Source of the DNA: Candidatus Delongbacteria bacterium
Lineage (GTDB): Bacteria > UBA4055
Direction of reading: 5' to 3'
NCBI GenBank assembly: GCA_016937995.1
Contig: JAFGVM010000016.1
Span: forward strand, 18,570 to 82,569
Length of the DNA stretch: 64,000 nucleotides
In this document: positions 16,987-26,995 of the stretch, piece by piece
Layout: each line of letters starts with the position of its first letter
Position numbering within the stretch: position 1 is the stretch's first letter
Notes under the pieces: model-generated
The model's database searches: none
Seen by the model: the letters and a program-made list of their open reading frames with translations, nothing else
Told to the model about the DNA's origin: nothing
Program-made: the position numbers and the translations under genes

Positions 16987-18288
16987 TTATTCATAACTTA
17001 ACAGAAAACGCCAAGCAGGTATCACATTTATCTTACCATTTTCTACTAATATTTCTTCATCATCATTTTTTGTAACTATTGTACCAGACTTCAAATTCAA
17101 TTCATTCATAGCCTCTACAAGAGCATTGACCTCTCTTTTACGGGTATTTTCATCGGTCATTGTTTCACATACTTGTATCAATTCTTTGCTTCGATCTTGT
17201 CTAAGAATAATAAAATCTACTTCTTTTCCATTTTTAGTCTTATAATAAAAAATATCCGTCGTTAATCTGCGAAGTGCGTTAAAAACAATATTTTCAAGTA
17301 AATGACCCGAATTAACCAAAATATTCGAACTCACTGATCTGATCATAGAATGATCAATGCAGTATATCTTTTTAGGATTTGCATTCGATCTTGAAATTGA
17401 AGCATCAAACATTCTTATAGTAAAAAGAAAATAAGCATCTTCAAACCATAAAAGATAATCACTGACAGTTGATTTTTGCACCTTATGACCGAGTGATTTA
17501 AGATATCCTGTAAGGTTATTTAAAGAATACAGAGAACCGATATTATCCATTAGCCTGTGAGCAAGATCTAAAACCGATTTAGGATGAAATACATCATAAC
17601 GTTCAATTAGATCACGAAATAAGACAGCATTAAAATATTCCTGATGTATCTTGATCCTCAATGAATCTTCAAGACCGGTTGTCTCTGGAAAACTACCCTC
17701 TCTAAAATAGTTATCAAAAGCCTTCTGCACGGTCAGTCTTTTTTTTGTTGTAAAAGCACCTTCTTGATCTATTCTGTTATATTTCAGAAATTCACTGAAT
17801 GAAAACGGAAATATTTCCCACGAAACAGACCTGCCCCGCATCTGAGATGCAATTTCTTTGGAAAGCATCTTTGCAGACGAGCCGGTTATATATACTTCAC
17901 AGTTTTCAGTACGAAGTATACGTTCAACGAAAGATTCCCATCCGTTTAATAACTGTATCTCATCAAAAAAACAATATACTTTCTCTGAATTTTTCTTTTC
18001 AGGAAATAACGAATAATACGCTTCGGTAATTATATTGAGTTCAGTATGCTGTAAAGGATAGAGTCTATCATCGAAAAAGTTAAGATATAAAATATTCTCT
18101 TTCTTAACTCCTTTCTTAAGCAACTTATCAATGATCTGGAACATCAGTGTAGATTTACCACTTCTGCGAACGCCTATACAAATTGTTGCTTTACCGGAAA
18201 TCGTTGAAATATTCATATCTCTAGAAACACCACAATTAAGTTTTGAATCTTGGAAGTTCAATATGATTTCTTTCAATGCACCAAGCAC
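16987..18288 (-). CDS. AAA+ ATPase with C-terminal DUF4143 (PD-(D/E)xK-like) domain, COG1373 family
   Basis: Walker A GVRRSGKST. Walker B CFFDEIQ. C-terminal EVDFIILRQDRSKELIQVCET nuclease-like motif. Confidence 0.8.
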   Translation of the reverse strand: MLGALKEIILNFQDSKLNCGVSRDMNISTISGKATICIGVRRSGKSTLMFQIIDKLLKKGVKKENILYLNFFDDRLYPLQHTELNIITEAYYSLFPEKKNSEKVYCFFDEIQLLNGWESFVERILRTENCEVYITGSSAKMLSKEIASQMRGRSVSWEIFPFSFSEFLKYNRIDQEGAFTTKKRLTVQKAFDNYFREGSFPETTGLEDSLRIKIHQEYFNAVLFRDLIERYDVFHPKSVLDLAHRLMDNIGSLYSLNNLTGYLKSLGHKVQKSTVSDYLLWFEDAYFLFTIRMFDASISRSNANPKKIYCIDHSMIRSVSSNILVNSGHLLENIVFNALRRLTTDIFYYKTKNGKEVDFIILRQDRSKELIQVCETMTDENTRKREVNALVEAMNELNLKSGTIVTKNDDEEILVENGKINVIPAWRFLLSYE

Positions 18289-18484
18289 TGCAAGCTCCTA
18301 GTCGGAATTATTTCAGACCGCTTTTTGCCGTTATCGGTCAATAAACTTACCAGTTTAAAATTCTAAAGTCAAGAAATTAATCCACTTTTTAATTTTTGGG
18401 GTATTGTAATCTGCCTTCATTACTACAAGGCACTTAAATACCTTGTTCATGATAACTGAACAAGGTGTCTTTAACCCCTTGTAT

Positions 18485-19339
18485 TTACTTACTCGTAATG
18501 ATCTCTATCTCTTCTTCACAGAACTCAGCGGCGTTACTCATAGATTTTTTCTTCTTATTGATCTTAATACCACGGGTCTTAACACCTGTATCTTTGTAAC
18601 TATCTTCTATCACATAAACACTTTCTGCATCCTGTGTTGTACTTGTACCGAGTTCATCTGTACTGGCATAAACAACAATCTTCTCAGTACCGAATGGAGG
18701 TGCTACAGTAAGTTCATATCTATCCTTTCCGGACGGAAGTCCATAAACTGTTCCACCGTTGAAATAGTTATCTTTTCTAAATGGGTTCGGAAGTAATTGA
18801 ATCTGAGTACCATCAACCTGTAAATATACAACTTTAGCATAGAAAGGTTTATTCCCCTTGATATAAAGTTTTATATTTTCATTTTCTTTGTACTTTTGAT
18901 CTTTCTTATCACACCATGCTTTTATCATCAAAGGTGCATTGGGGTCATCCATAATTCCTGTACTGGAATACATCTTTTCAAGTTTCTCTGTCTTTGGTGT
19001 GACTTCAACTTTTAGAGTAATTTTGAAAGATTCACCCATAATTGGATCCTGAAACCATTCTGATTTAAGCTCTTCAAGAATTCTGACCACCGCCTGAGAA
19101 TATGCTTCCATCAGATCTGCTTCAGTAACGTAATTCTTAACAACAGTCTCTGATTTCACATAAGTACCTGCAACTTCTGAAGCCATTTTCTTTGCGTTTG
19201 TCTTAGCTTCTTCAATAGTCTCTTTTCTGGATTTATCATCCCCCATTGTTGCTTTACCCTCAACCTCAATAATGATCGACTGAGCTGAGAACAAAGTGAT
19301 CAGAAAAGTTAGCATACAAAATAAAAATATCTTTTTCAT
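18485..19339 (-). CDS. Lipoprotein with N-terminal LPP20/FlgP-like region and C-terminal DUF4384-like domain
   Basis: Signal peptide present. DUF4384-like pattern LYIKGNKPFYAKVVYLQVDGTQIQLLPNP...LTVAPPFGTEKIVVYAS. DUF4384 is typically found with caspase domains. Confidence 0.5.
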   Translation of the reverse strand: MKKIFLFCMLTFLITLFSAQSIIIEVEGKATMGDDKSRKETIEEAKTNAKKMASEVAGTYVKSETVVKNYVTEADLMEAYSQAVVRILEELKSEWFQDPIMGESFKITLKVEVTPKTEKLEKMYSSTGIMDDPNAPLMIKAWCDKKDQKYKENENIKLYIKGNKPFYAKVVYLQVDGTQIQLLPNPFRKDNYFNGGTVYGLPSGKDRYELTVAPPFGTEKIVVYASTDELGTSTTQDAESVYVIEDSYKDTGVKTRGIKINKKKKSMSNAAEFCEEEIEIITSK

Positions 19340-19488
19340 ATTATTTCCTTCAATATTTTATTTTTTTACTTTTGGGTAAAAAATAGGTTTTGTTTGATGT
19401 TTTATCAATAAAAAAATTGTTTCTGGATCAATCTTTTGATTTTCTGCACTTAACAAAATTTTGGTTATCTGTCAAAACCTTCCTAGTT

Positions 19489-19508
19489 GCAACAAGGGGA
19501 TATATCCC
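19489..19508. repeat. Perfect palindrome CAAGGGGATATATCCCCTTG
   Basis: 20-bp inverted repeat in the lipoprotein/ltaE intergenic region. A GGTTTGAAACC motif follows at 19589. Confidence 0.5.
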
Positions 19509-19611
19509 CTTGTTCGGTATACCGATGCTACTACTACACCTGGATTCCTCCCGATTTATCGGGAAGAATGACGGATTATAAAGGGAACGGTTTGAAACCC
19601 TCCCCTACGTA

Positions 19612-20625
19612 TTATTGGTAATACTCTTTAAAAGCTTCGATTACTTTCTCAATATCATCTTCCGTTATATCTAAATGTGTAACCAAGCGAATACTTCCAT
19701 ATCCACCAATGAGAATACCTTTTTCCTTCATGAAATTTTGCAGTTCGATAAATTCATTCTCATCAACATCAACGAACATCATATTAGTCTGAACTTCTGA
19801 GATCTTACTTTGTAACTCAGGGATATTATTCAATCCATCAGAGAGGATCTTTGCATTTTCATGATCTATTGCTAATCTCTGAACATTATTTTGAAGTGCA
19901 TAGATCCCCGCTTCTGCAAGAAGACCTGCCTGCCTCATACCTCCACCAAGCATTTTTCTCCATCTACGGGCTTTTTGAATAAGTTCTTTTGAACCACACA
20001 GCAGTGAACCTACCGGTGCTCCAAGACCCTTTGAAAGACAGATGGATATCGAATCAAAATATTTTGTAATTTCTTTAATATCAACATTTAACTTTACTGC
20101 AGCATTAAATACTCTAGCTCCGTCAAGATGAAGTTTTAGGTTATATTTATCGACCAACTCTCTGGATGCTTTAAAGTATTCTAAAGGTAGAACTTTACCA
20201 TTATTAGTATTCTCAAGGCAGAATAATTTAGACTTAGCAAAGTGATAATCATCGGGTTTGATCTTATCTTCTGCTTTTTTCAGATCAATAGTACCATCTT
20301 CTTCAAATTCGATCGGTTGAGGTACAATAGAACCCAGAACAGCAGCTCCACCACCTTCATGGATATAAGTATGAGCTCCCTGCCCGACAATATACTCTTC
20401 TCCCCTTTCACAGTGAGATAACAAAGCCATCAGGTTAGTCTGAGTTCCACTTGGTGCAAAGATAGCATTCTCTGTTACAAGCATTTCTGCTGCAAGTTTT
20501 TCTAATTTATTTACAGTTGGATCCTCACCATAAACATCATCCCCGACTTCCGCTTCGAACATTACTTTTTTCATCTCTAAGGATGGTTTTGTAACTGTAT
20601 CACTTCTAAGATCTATTATTTTCAT
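19612..20625 (-). CDS. ltaE: Low-specificity L-threonine aldolase
   Basis: 337 aa PLP-dependent beta-eliminating lyase family. N-terminus MKIIDLRSDTVTKPS. Confidence 0.8.
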   Translation of the reverse strand: MKIIDLRSDTVTKPSLEMKKVMFEAEVGDDVYGEDPTVNKLEKLAAEMLVTENAIFAPSGTQTNLMALLSHCERGEEYIVGQGAHTYIHEGGGAAVLGSIVPQPIEFEEDGTIDLKKAEDKIKPDDYHFAKSKLFCLENTNNGKVLPLEYFKASRELVDKYNLKLHLDGARVFNAAVKLNVDIKEITKYFDSISICLSKGLGAPVGSLLCGSKELIQKARRWRKMLGGGMRQAGLLAEAGIYALQNNVQRLAIDHENAKILSDGLNNIPELQSKISEVQTNMMFVDVDENEFIELQNFMKEKGILIGGYGSIRLVTHLDITEDDIEKVIEAFKEYYQ

Positions 20626-20747
20626 ATAAACTTCCTTTTTATGTGTTCAATATGTTGAACCTTTATGTCTTTGTCATCCTCGGACTTGATCCGGGGATCC
20701 ATTTGTAATCAGAGACGCCCTGTAGGTCGTCTTTACGGAAATCCATT

Positions 20748-20800
20748 CCAGATGAACGTATGGGTTCATCCTTACTTCATCATTGGATTTTCCGTGTTGG
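20748..20800. repeat. About 52-bp intergenic repeat, copy 2
   Basis: About 80 % identical to 11200-11251. It is preceded by a degenerate CTGTAGGTCGTC REP fragment at 20720. Confidence 0.55.
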
Positions 20801-20811
20801 TTATTGGAAAT

Positions 20812-21495
20812 TCATTTTTTTACAAATATTGAACGAAATACCAGTCGTATAAACCTTACTGTATCCCTAAAAACACTGATCGAACTATGAGCACCTTCGT
20901 AAAGAGCAGAGATTGGAATACTTTCAATTCTATAACCCTTTCTTCCAGCTTTTATCAATATCTCAGACTCCATTTCAAATTTATCCGATTCAAGTTCTAT
21001 ATTCTTTACAACTTCTGTCTTTATCAATCTGTAACCGGACTGACTATCTGGGATCTTACACTTTGCAAGTTGAGAAACGATGAATGAAGTTGTCCTGTTT
21101 GAAAACACTCTTTCAATAGGCATTGTAGTAGTATTTCCAAGTCTGTCACCCACAATGATATCAGCATTAGTATCATGATATTTTATTATAAACTCAGGTA
21201 TAAATTTTACATCATGCTGCAAGTCAGAATCTATGGTCAGGAAAAACTCAATGTTATTCTCGATCATGTATTTAAAGCCCTGCTTTAAAGCATAACCTTT
21301 TCCACCATTCTTCTTGTACGAAATCAATGTAACTTCATTATCGTTGCAGATCTTCACAGTGTTATCTTTTGAACCATCATCAACAACAACGACCTTGCAA
21401 AGAAGGTCCATTTCAGCAAACTTATGAAAAAGGTCACCTATATATCTCTCAGAATTATAAGCTGGGATGAGTATTTTGAAGTTCATATCTTTCAT
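20812..21495 (-). CDS. Family 2 glycosyltransferase (polyprenol-phosphate sugar transferase-like)
   Basis: VVVDDGSKDNT and DSDLQHD motifs. 227 aa. Confidence 0.75.
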   Translation of the reverse strand: MKDMNFKILIPAYNSERYIGDLFHKFAEMDLLCKVVVVDDGSKDNTVKICNDNEVTLISYKKNGGKGYALKQGFKYMIENNIEFFLTIDSDLQHDVKFIPEFIIKYHDTNADIIVGDRLGNTTTMPIERVFSNRTTSFIVSQLAKCKIPDSQSGYRLIKTEVVKNIELESDKFEMESEILIKAGRKGYRIESIPISALYEGAHSSISVFRDTVRFIRLVFRSIFVKK

Positions 21496-21683
21496 AGGTT
21501 CTAAATTTATCCATAAAGGTTATAAATATCAAAGAAAATTAATAGTAATAAATCTTACACTTAAAACAAAACTTCCTCAAATAACGATCTTTCCATAATA
21601 ATATCTTGGATTTTATCGGTTTAAGTAAGTATCTTTATACAGTGTAGAAAGAACAAAACAAATTAAATGATAGTTTACCAACC

Positions 21684-22601
21684 ATGAATTTACTGAGAAA
21701 CAAGATATTTATCCGTATAACAAAACTGACCCTTTTGGTTATCGTGCTTTTCTTTGTAGTTAAAAATATTATTGACAATTTCTCAAACATTAAAGAGATC
21801 AATATCTCGGATTTAAATTATGGTTTCATATTACCGGCATTGATAGTTTCCGTAATTTCAATGTTCATCCCGGTATTCGCATGGAAATATTTACTGGGAA
21901 CCCTTGGTAGCGATCTCAAACTTTCAAAAGCTGTTCGTATTTGGTTCATTTCAAACCTCGGAAGATATATCCCCGGGAAAGTCTGGCAAATATCTGGATT
22001 GATCGTTCTAAGCAACAAAGAAGGTGTTGCAAAAAAAGTATCTTCTACAAGCGTGATTTACTCTCAGATCGTAGCAAATTTAACAGGATTGTTTCTGGGA
22101 AGTCTGCTAATGTCTCAAGATCACAACAATCCTGAATATTATGCATACCCCTGGTTCGCATATAATATTATAGGAATTGCGGTCATCCTGATGGTTCTTC
22201 CTTATTTCATAAATAATTTTATTGATTATGCATTAAAATTACTTAAGAAACCTAAAAACGAATTCAAGATCGGTTATCTTAATTTCTCTATATACACATC
22301 AATGCAATTTATGAACTGGTTGATAATGGGCTTATCATTTGTTATTTTTGTAAATATATTTACAGAATTATCAGTCATTCAGCACCCAGTCTCATTGTTC
22401 ATATTACCGATCAGTTGGACAGCTGGTTTGTTGGCGATATTTGCACCAGGAGGGATAGGTGTAAGAGAAGGAATAATGACATTTTATCTGCTAATGTTTA
22501 TTGATCCTGCCTATGCTGCTGTGATCCCTTGGATATACAGAATTTGGTTAACCTTCTTTGAAATGCTTTTGGCGGGAGTATTTTACTTTGCAGAGAAATA
22601 A
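21684..22601 (+). CDS. Flippase-like membrane protein (UPF0104 / LPG_synthase_TM family)
   Basis: Polytopic membrane protein with SNLGRYIPGKVWQ signature. Confidence 0.6.
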   Translation: MNLLRNKIFIRITKLTLLVIVLFFVVKNIIDNFSNIKEINISDLNYGFILPALIVSVISMFIPVFAWKYLLGTLGSDLKLSKAVRIWFISNLGRYIPGKVWQISGLIVLSNKEGVAKKVSSTSVIYSQIVANLTGLFLGSLLMSQDHNNPEYYAYPWFAYNIIGIAVILMVLPYFINNFIDYALKLLKKPKNEFKIGYLNFSIYTSMQFMNWLIMGLSFVIFVNIFTELSVIQHPVSLFILPISWTAGLLAIFAPGGIGVREGIMTFYLLMFIDPAYAAVIPWIYRIWLTFFEMLLAGVFYFAEK

Positions 22602-22650
22602 GTTCCAAATGCAACAAAATAATTGAACTTATTATAGCTAATTAAGTTAA

Positions 22651-23253
22651 ATGTATAAAATTAAAGGACAGGTTGATATGGCAGTTCTATCATTACTAAC
22701 AGACGAAGAATTAATATTCAAGTTCCAGAAGGGAAATGAAGCGGCATATAATGAGATCGTTGACAGATACAAAAACAAGCTGTTGAACCATATATTTTAT
22801 TATACCAAGAACAAGGAATCTGCAGAGGATATAGTTCAAGATGCCTTTATCAGAGTTTATCTTAACAAAGATAAATACAAAGAGATAGCAAAAGTATCTA
22901 CCTGGATCTACACAATAGCAATCAACCTTGCAAAAACGTTTCTTGCTAAAGAAAAGAAGAAAAATCAGTTTTCAATTACAGGTAAAGACGGAGAGGGTGA
23001 TTTTGAGATCCCTGATATTAAAGCATCTACAGACAAAGATATTTTAAGAGGTGAGTTAAGTGAGATCATTACCGAGTCCATTGATGATCTAGACGATAAA
23101 TTTAAAGAAATAATTATATTAAGAGATGTTGATGAGATGAGCTATGATGAGATCGCTCAGGTACTTAATATTCCTGAGGGAACTGTTAAATCAAGATTGA
23201 ATAGAGCAAGGCTGAATCTCAGGGAAGTTTTAGAAGAATATGTAAAATCTTAA
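22651..23253 (+). CDS. ECF-family RNA polymerase sigma-70 factor
   Basis: Region 2 and region 4 motifs (..SYDEIAQVLNIPEGTVKSRLNRAR). Confidence 0.85.
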   Translation: MYKIKGQVDMAVLSLLTDEELIFKFQKGNEAAYNEIVDRYKNKLLNHIFYYTKNKESAEDIVQDAFIRVYLNKDKYKEIAKVSTWIYTIAINLAKTFLAKEKKKNQFSITGKDGEGDFEIPDIKASTDKDILRGELSEIITESIDDLDDKFKEIIILRDVDEMSYDEIAQVLNIPEGTVKSRLNRARLNLREVLEEYVKS

Positions 23254-23336
23254 AAACCTTGAAAATAATTTGAACTTTATATGGATCAACAAAGTTTAAG
23301 AATTGAAAATCAAAGTTATTCGGAGAAAAACAGAAA

Positions 23337-23840
23337 ATGGAAAACTGCAACAAAATAGAAAAAATGGTTATCGACGGAACTATTACTACAGATATCGCTT
23401 ACGAACTAAGTACTGAACTGCAGGATCACATTAAAAATTGTGATAACTGTAAGAGATTTGTTGATGATGTGACCAAAGCAATGCACGCCTTATCAGGTGT
23501 AAAGAAATTAACCGTTTCCGATGACTTTGATCAACAGCTGCAAATAAAATTAGCTCACCACAGGAAACACACCTCCATAACAAAACAAAATAATGTATCG
23601 ATCTTCACGAGAATGACTTATTACGTAGCAGGTATTGCAGCTGTTCTACTAGGATTCATTTACATCAGCAATATGGGTATTATCGACAACAAAGGCATTA
23701 GTTTAGATCAAAAAATTAATGTGGCTGATAAAATGGAAGATAGTTCTATCATTAACGAAGATTCATTGAAAAACCTGCAGGAAAGTGTTATTAACGACGA
23801 GGAACTGCGTAACAGAGTTAGTACTGACGAAGATCAATAA
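23337..23840 (+). CDS. Putative zinc-finger anti-sigma factor (single-pass membrane)
   Basis: Cys/His cluster HIKNCDNCKRF. Central TM helix. Immediately downstream of the ECF sigma factor. Confidence 0.6.
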   Translation: MENCNKIEKMVIDGTITTDIAYELSTELQDHIKNCDNCKRFVDDVTKAMHALSGVKKLTVSDDFDQQLQIKLAHHRKHTSITKQNNVSIFTRMTYYVAGIAAVLLGFIYISNMGIIDNKGISLDQKINVADKMEDSSIINEDSLKNLQESVINDEELRNRVSTDEDQ

Positions 23841-23861
23841 TGGTACATTCTTCACCAGATC

Positions 23862-23891
23862 AAAGAGCGATAATTTATCGCTCTTTTTTTT
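23862..23891 (+). terminator. Rho-independent terminator AAAGAGCGATAATTTATCGCTCTTTTTTTTT
   Basis: Perfect 9-bp stem plus a T-run after the anti-sigma stop. Confidence 0.8.
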
Positions 23892-24149
23892 ATTTGTACT
23901 GCATTAATCAATTTGCATAATACGTTTATATAATATATATTTCAGCACAGTAAAATAACGAAACAAAAGGCAACAAATGATAATAAACAAGCTTTTACCG
24001 ATCGTGGACAACTCAAGATCTTTACCATCTTTCTATATAGCTAAGAACTTAAAAAAAGACGAACTTGATGACATTATAACTTTATATGAGTATTTGCTCA
24101 ACCCGAAAAACAATCATTCAAAAGAAGATAAGAGAGTAAAAAGGATCAA

Positions 24150-24599
24150 TTGAAGATTTTATTTTTAGGTATAGGTAAAACAAAGCATAAATACCTTATG
24201 CAAGGTATTGAAAGGTATATGAAATTATTATCACCTTTCGTAAAAATAGAAGAAATGTATCTGAAAGAGGAAAATAAAGATCCGATCAATTCTGAAAGTG
24301 AGAAATTGATCAAAGCTGTTCCTTCAGACTATTATAAAATTCTCCTCGATATTGATGGAAAAACTATTGGATCTGAAGATCTTGCACAACTGATCAATGA
24401 CAAAAGGAATTCTTCAGTTCAGGGTATTGCATTTATTATTGGTGGTTCAGACGGATTTAATGACAATCTTAGAAATTTTGTTGATCAGAGGATATCATTC
24501 TCAGGATTTACTATGACCCATCAGATGATCAGATTATTTCTTATTGAACAGATCTATAGATCATTCATGATAATTACAAATAGAAAATATCATAAATAA
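24150..24599 (+). CDS. rlmH: 23S rRNA (pseudouridine1915-N3)-methyltransferase RlmH
   Basis: 149 aa SPOUT-class protein. Apparent TTG start with AAAGGA RBS. Confidence 0.7.
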   Translation: MKILFLGIGKTKHKYLMQGIERYMKLLSPFVKIEEMYLKEENKDPINSESEKLIKAVPSDYYKILLDIDGKTIGSEDLAQLINDKRNSSVQGIAFIIGGSDGFNDNLRNFVDQRISFSGFTMTHQMIRLFLIEQIYRSFMIITNRKYHK

Positions 24600-24614
24600 A
24601 CCGGACAGGATATA

Positions 24615-25352
24615 ATGAGGAACATATTAATTTCAATTATAGTGACTGTGCTCATAACAGCAGGTGTGAATTATTTACTGGAAAATCTTGGATTTTCTAT
24701 TCTAATAGCTATAATTGTTAGTTTGATCACATTTTTCATATTGACAAAAAAAACTATGAAAGAGCTTGAATTATTGAACGAAAAAGCTCAAAAAGCAATA
24801 TATAGCCAAAAGATCGATCGGGCGATAAGAATATATGAGAGCGGTCTTGAGCTGAGAAAGAAAAGTCCCTTCATAGTTGGTCAGATCTACGGTATGATAG
24901 GAATGTTATATTTTATGAGCCGTGATAATAAAAATGCAAAACCTAACTTGATTAAAGCTTCTTCATTGAACTGGGTTTCAAAAGGTATGCTTGGGGTTAT
25001 TTACATGAATGAAAAGAATCAGGAAGATATGGAAAAAGTATTCAGGAACATGGTCTCAGCCGGTAAGAAAGAGGGATTAGCCTGGGCACTATATGCATAC
25101 TGCTTGGACAGGATCAATAGAAGAGAAGATGCTATAAAGATCCTTGAGGAAGGTAATAAAAAACTTAAAGAAATTGACGATAGAATTAAATCTAATATTT
25201 TAGAATTAAGAAATGGACGCAGAATGAGAATGAAGGGATTTGGAGATCAGTGGTATCAGTTCCTGCTGGAAAATCCACCAAAAAAACGTATGATGCAACA
25301 GTCCAGCCCTTCTCAGGGTAAATTCAAAAAGAACGCTCTTTATAAAGGATAA
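24615..25352 (+). CDS. Membrane-anchored TPR-like protein (hypothetical)
   Basis: Two N-terminal TM helices, then a helical repeat region. Confidence 0.4.
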   Translation: MRNILISIIVTVLITAGVNYLLENLGFSILIAIIVSLITFFILTKKTMKELELLNEKAQKAIYSQKIDRAIRIYESGLELRKKSPFIVGQIYGMIGMLYFMSRDNKNAKPNLIKASSLNWVSKGMLGVIYMNEKNQEDMEKVFRNMVSAGKKEGLAWALYAYCLDRINRREDAIKILEEGNKKLKEIDDRIKSNILELRNGRRMRMKGFGDQWYQFLLENPPKKRMMQQSSPSQGKFKKNALYKG

Positions 25353-25397
25353 TAACACCTGTAACTGTAGGTTTCTGCCTACCGCAAAAGATGGAGG

Positions 25398-26117
25398 TTG
25401 ATAATGAGACTCGGAGTAAATGTTGATCATATAGCAACTATCAGAGAAGCCAGAAAAACTTTTGAACCTGATCCAGTTGCTGCTGCTATCCTTGCTGACC
25501 TTGCCGGTGCCCACGGTATTGTATCTCATCTTAGAGAAGATCGAAGACATATTCATGATACTGACCTCAGAAGATTGAGAGAAACTATCAATAGTTTCCT
25601 GAACATGGAAATGGGTGCAACTGATGAGATGGTAAAGATCGCAATTAAAACAAAACCAGATATGGTAACTCTTGTTCCTGAAAAAAGAGAGGAATTAACC
25701 ACTGAAGGCGGGCTTGATGTCATTAATCAAAAGGATCATCTTAAAGATGTTGTATTCCGATTGAAAGAAGCGGATATAAAAGTTTCCATTTTCATTGATC
25801 CTGATATACAGCAGATAAAAGAATGTTCCAGGATTGATGCTGATTATATTGAAATACATACCGGACATTATGCAAATGCACAAACTGACAGTGATCTTGT
25901 TGAGGAACTGGAAAGGATCAAAGAAGCTGCTATATATGGTGAAAAATTAGGCTTAGGTATAAGTGCCGGTCATGGATTAAATTATCATAATGTAAAAGAA
26001 ATTGTAGCTATTGAAGAGATCGAAGAATTGAATATCGGACATTCAATTATAGCCAGAGCGAGTCTGGTAGGTATGGAAAAAGCTGTCAAAGATATGTTAA
26101 AATTAATGGAAAGATAA
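25398..26117 (+). CDS. pdxJ: Pyridoxine 5-prime-phosphate synthase
   Basis: N-terminus MRLGVNVDHIATIREAR. 239 aa. Confidence 0.9.
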   Translation: MIMRLGVNVDHIATIREARKTFEPDPVAAAILADLAGAHGIVSHLREDRRHIHDTDLRRLRETINSFLNMEMGATDEMVKIAIKTKPDMVTLVPEKREELTTEGGLDVINQKDHLKDVVFRLKEADIKVSIFIDPDIQQIKECSRIDADYIEIHTGHYANAQTDSDLVEELERIKEAAIYGEKLGLGISAGHGLNYHNVKEIVAIEEIEELNIGHSIIARASLVGMEKAVKDMLKLMER

Positions 26118-26125
26118 GATTTAAT

Positions 26126-26156
26126 ACCGGGTATGTTTATCTACATACCCGGTTTT
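26126..26156. terminator. Bidirectional terminator ACCGGGTATG-loop-CATACCCGGTTTT
   Basis: Perfect 10-bp stem between convergent pdxJ and the nuclease gene. Confidence 0.75.
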
Positions 26157-26161
26157 ATATT

Positions 26162-26980
26162 TCATCGCCAGCCAACAAGAACCCTGTTCACACGTGATTC
26201 GAAATTATCTTCAAGACCATCTTCCAGTTCAGAGAAAAAATCTATCCCTGTGGCCTTTTCCACACTGTCAATACTGACAATGTATTCTTCCAGATTATAA
26301 CTGCTGTTATCCTGATAGATCACAAAAGAATTTGATATGAAACTATTCCCGTCATTTATAATAATGATCTTATAAAATGCATCAGGTATCTCAATCTTTT
26401 CTTTTATAAATGTGCTCTGATCATCATATATCGTTCCTGCCAGAACCCACGATTCCCCATACTTTTCAGTCCATTTTCTCACTGCATTCTCAAGATTCAA
26501 CCATGTTTTTCTGTTAAAATCAGGTTTCTGTGGAGCAATATTCGTTAAATAACAGGATTCTGATTCACATTGCAGATCTCTTCCCCTCATATCTGCCTGA
26601 GCTGCCAAATGACCTCTGTCATAGCCCGAATTTGTATAATCTGAAGTTCTAACCCTGCTCCTGTCTTCAATAGTTGGATCTGATTTAAATTTCCTCTTAT
26701 CTAAAAATTTTTTACCTGAAATATATTCTTTTGTGATATGGTAACTTACCCAGTCAGGATTTTTACGCTTTTCGTTATACCCGAGAACAAGACCTTTATA
26801 TCTGTATATCTTATCATTTGAACTAACTGGATAACCCCAGATTATATGTTCATTCTCTACTCCCGGAATAGGAAATTCACCACTGAGAGCTTTACTCATC
26901 TCTTTCTTGTAAACAATAAAATACCACAATGCGAAAGCAAGTATGAAAGCAAAGAATAAAGTTGTTTTGTTAATTTTCAT
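26162..26980 (-). CDS. Secreted/membrane-anchored DNA/RNA non-specific endonuclease (NUC family)
   Basis: DRGHLAAQADM active-site motif. N-terminal TM anchor. Confidence 0.75.
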   Translation of the reverse strand: MKINKTTLFFAFILAFALWYFIVYKKEMSKALSGEFPIPGVENEHIIWGYPVSSNDKIYRYKGLVLGYNEKRKNPDWVSYHITKEYISGKKFLDKRKFKSDPTIEDRSRVRTSDYTNSGYDRGHLAAQADMRGRDLQCESESCYLTNIAPQKPDFNRKTWLNLENAVRKWTEKYGESWVLAGTIYDDQSTFIKEKIEIPDAFYKIIIINDGNSFISNSFVIYQDNSSYNLEEYIVSIDSVEKATGIDFFSELEDGLEDNFESRVNRVLVGWR

Positions 26981-26995
26981 AAAATTATTTTATTA

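Noticed and set aside
19390-19581. 63-aa plus ORF in the lipoprotein-ltaE intergenic region
   Set aside because: Spans palindromic repeats. No coding signal.
11078-20811. Possibility of a CRISPR array among the many hairpin repeats
   Set aside because: Repeats are dispersed, differ in sequence and are not regularly spaced with unique spacers. They fit REP-like elements, not CRISPR.
23977-24153. 58-aa ORF (MIINKLLPIVDNSRSLPSF...) immediately upstream of rlmH
   Set aside because: Below size threshold, no recognisable motif, no clear RBS. Could be a real small protein but unsupported.
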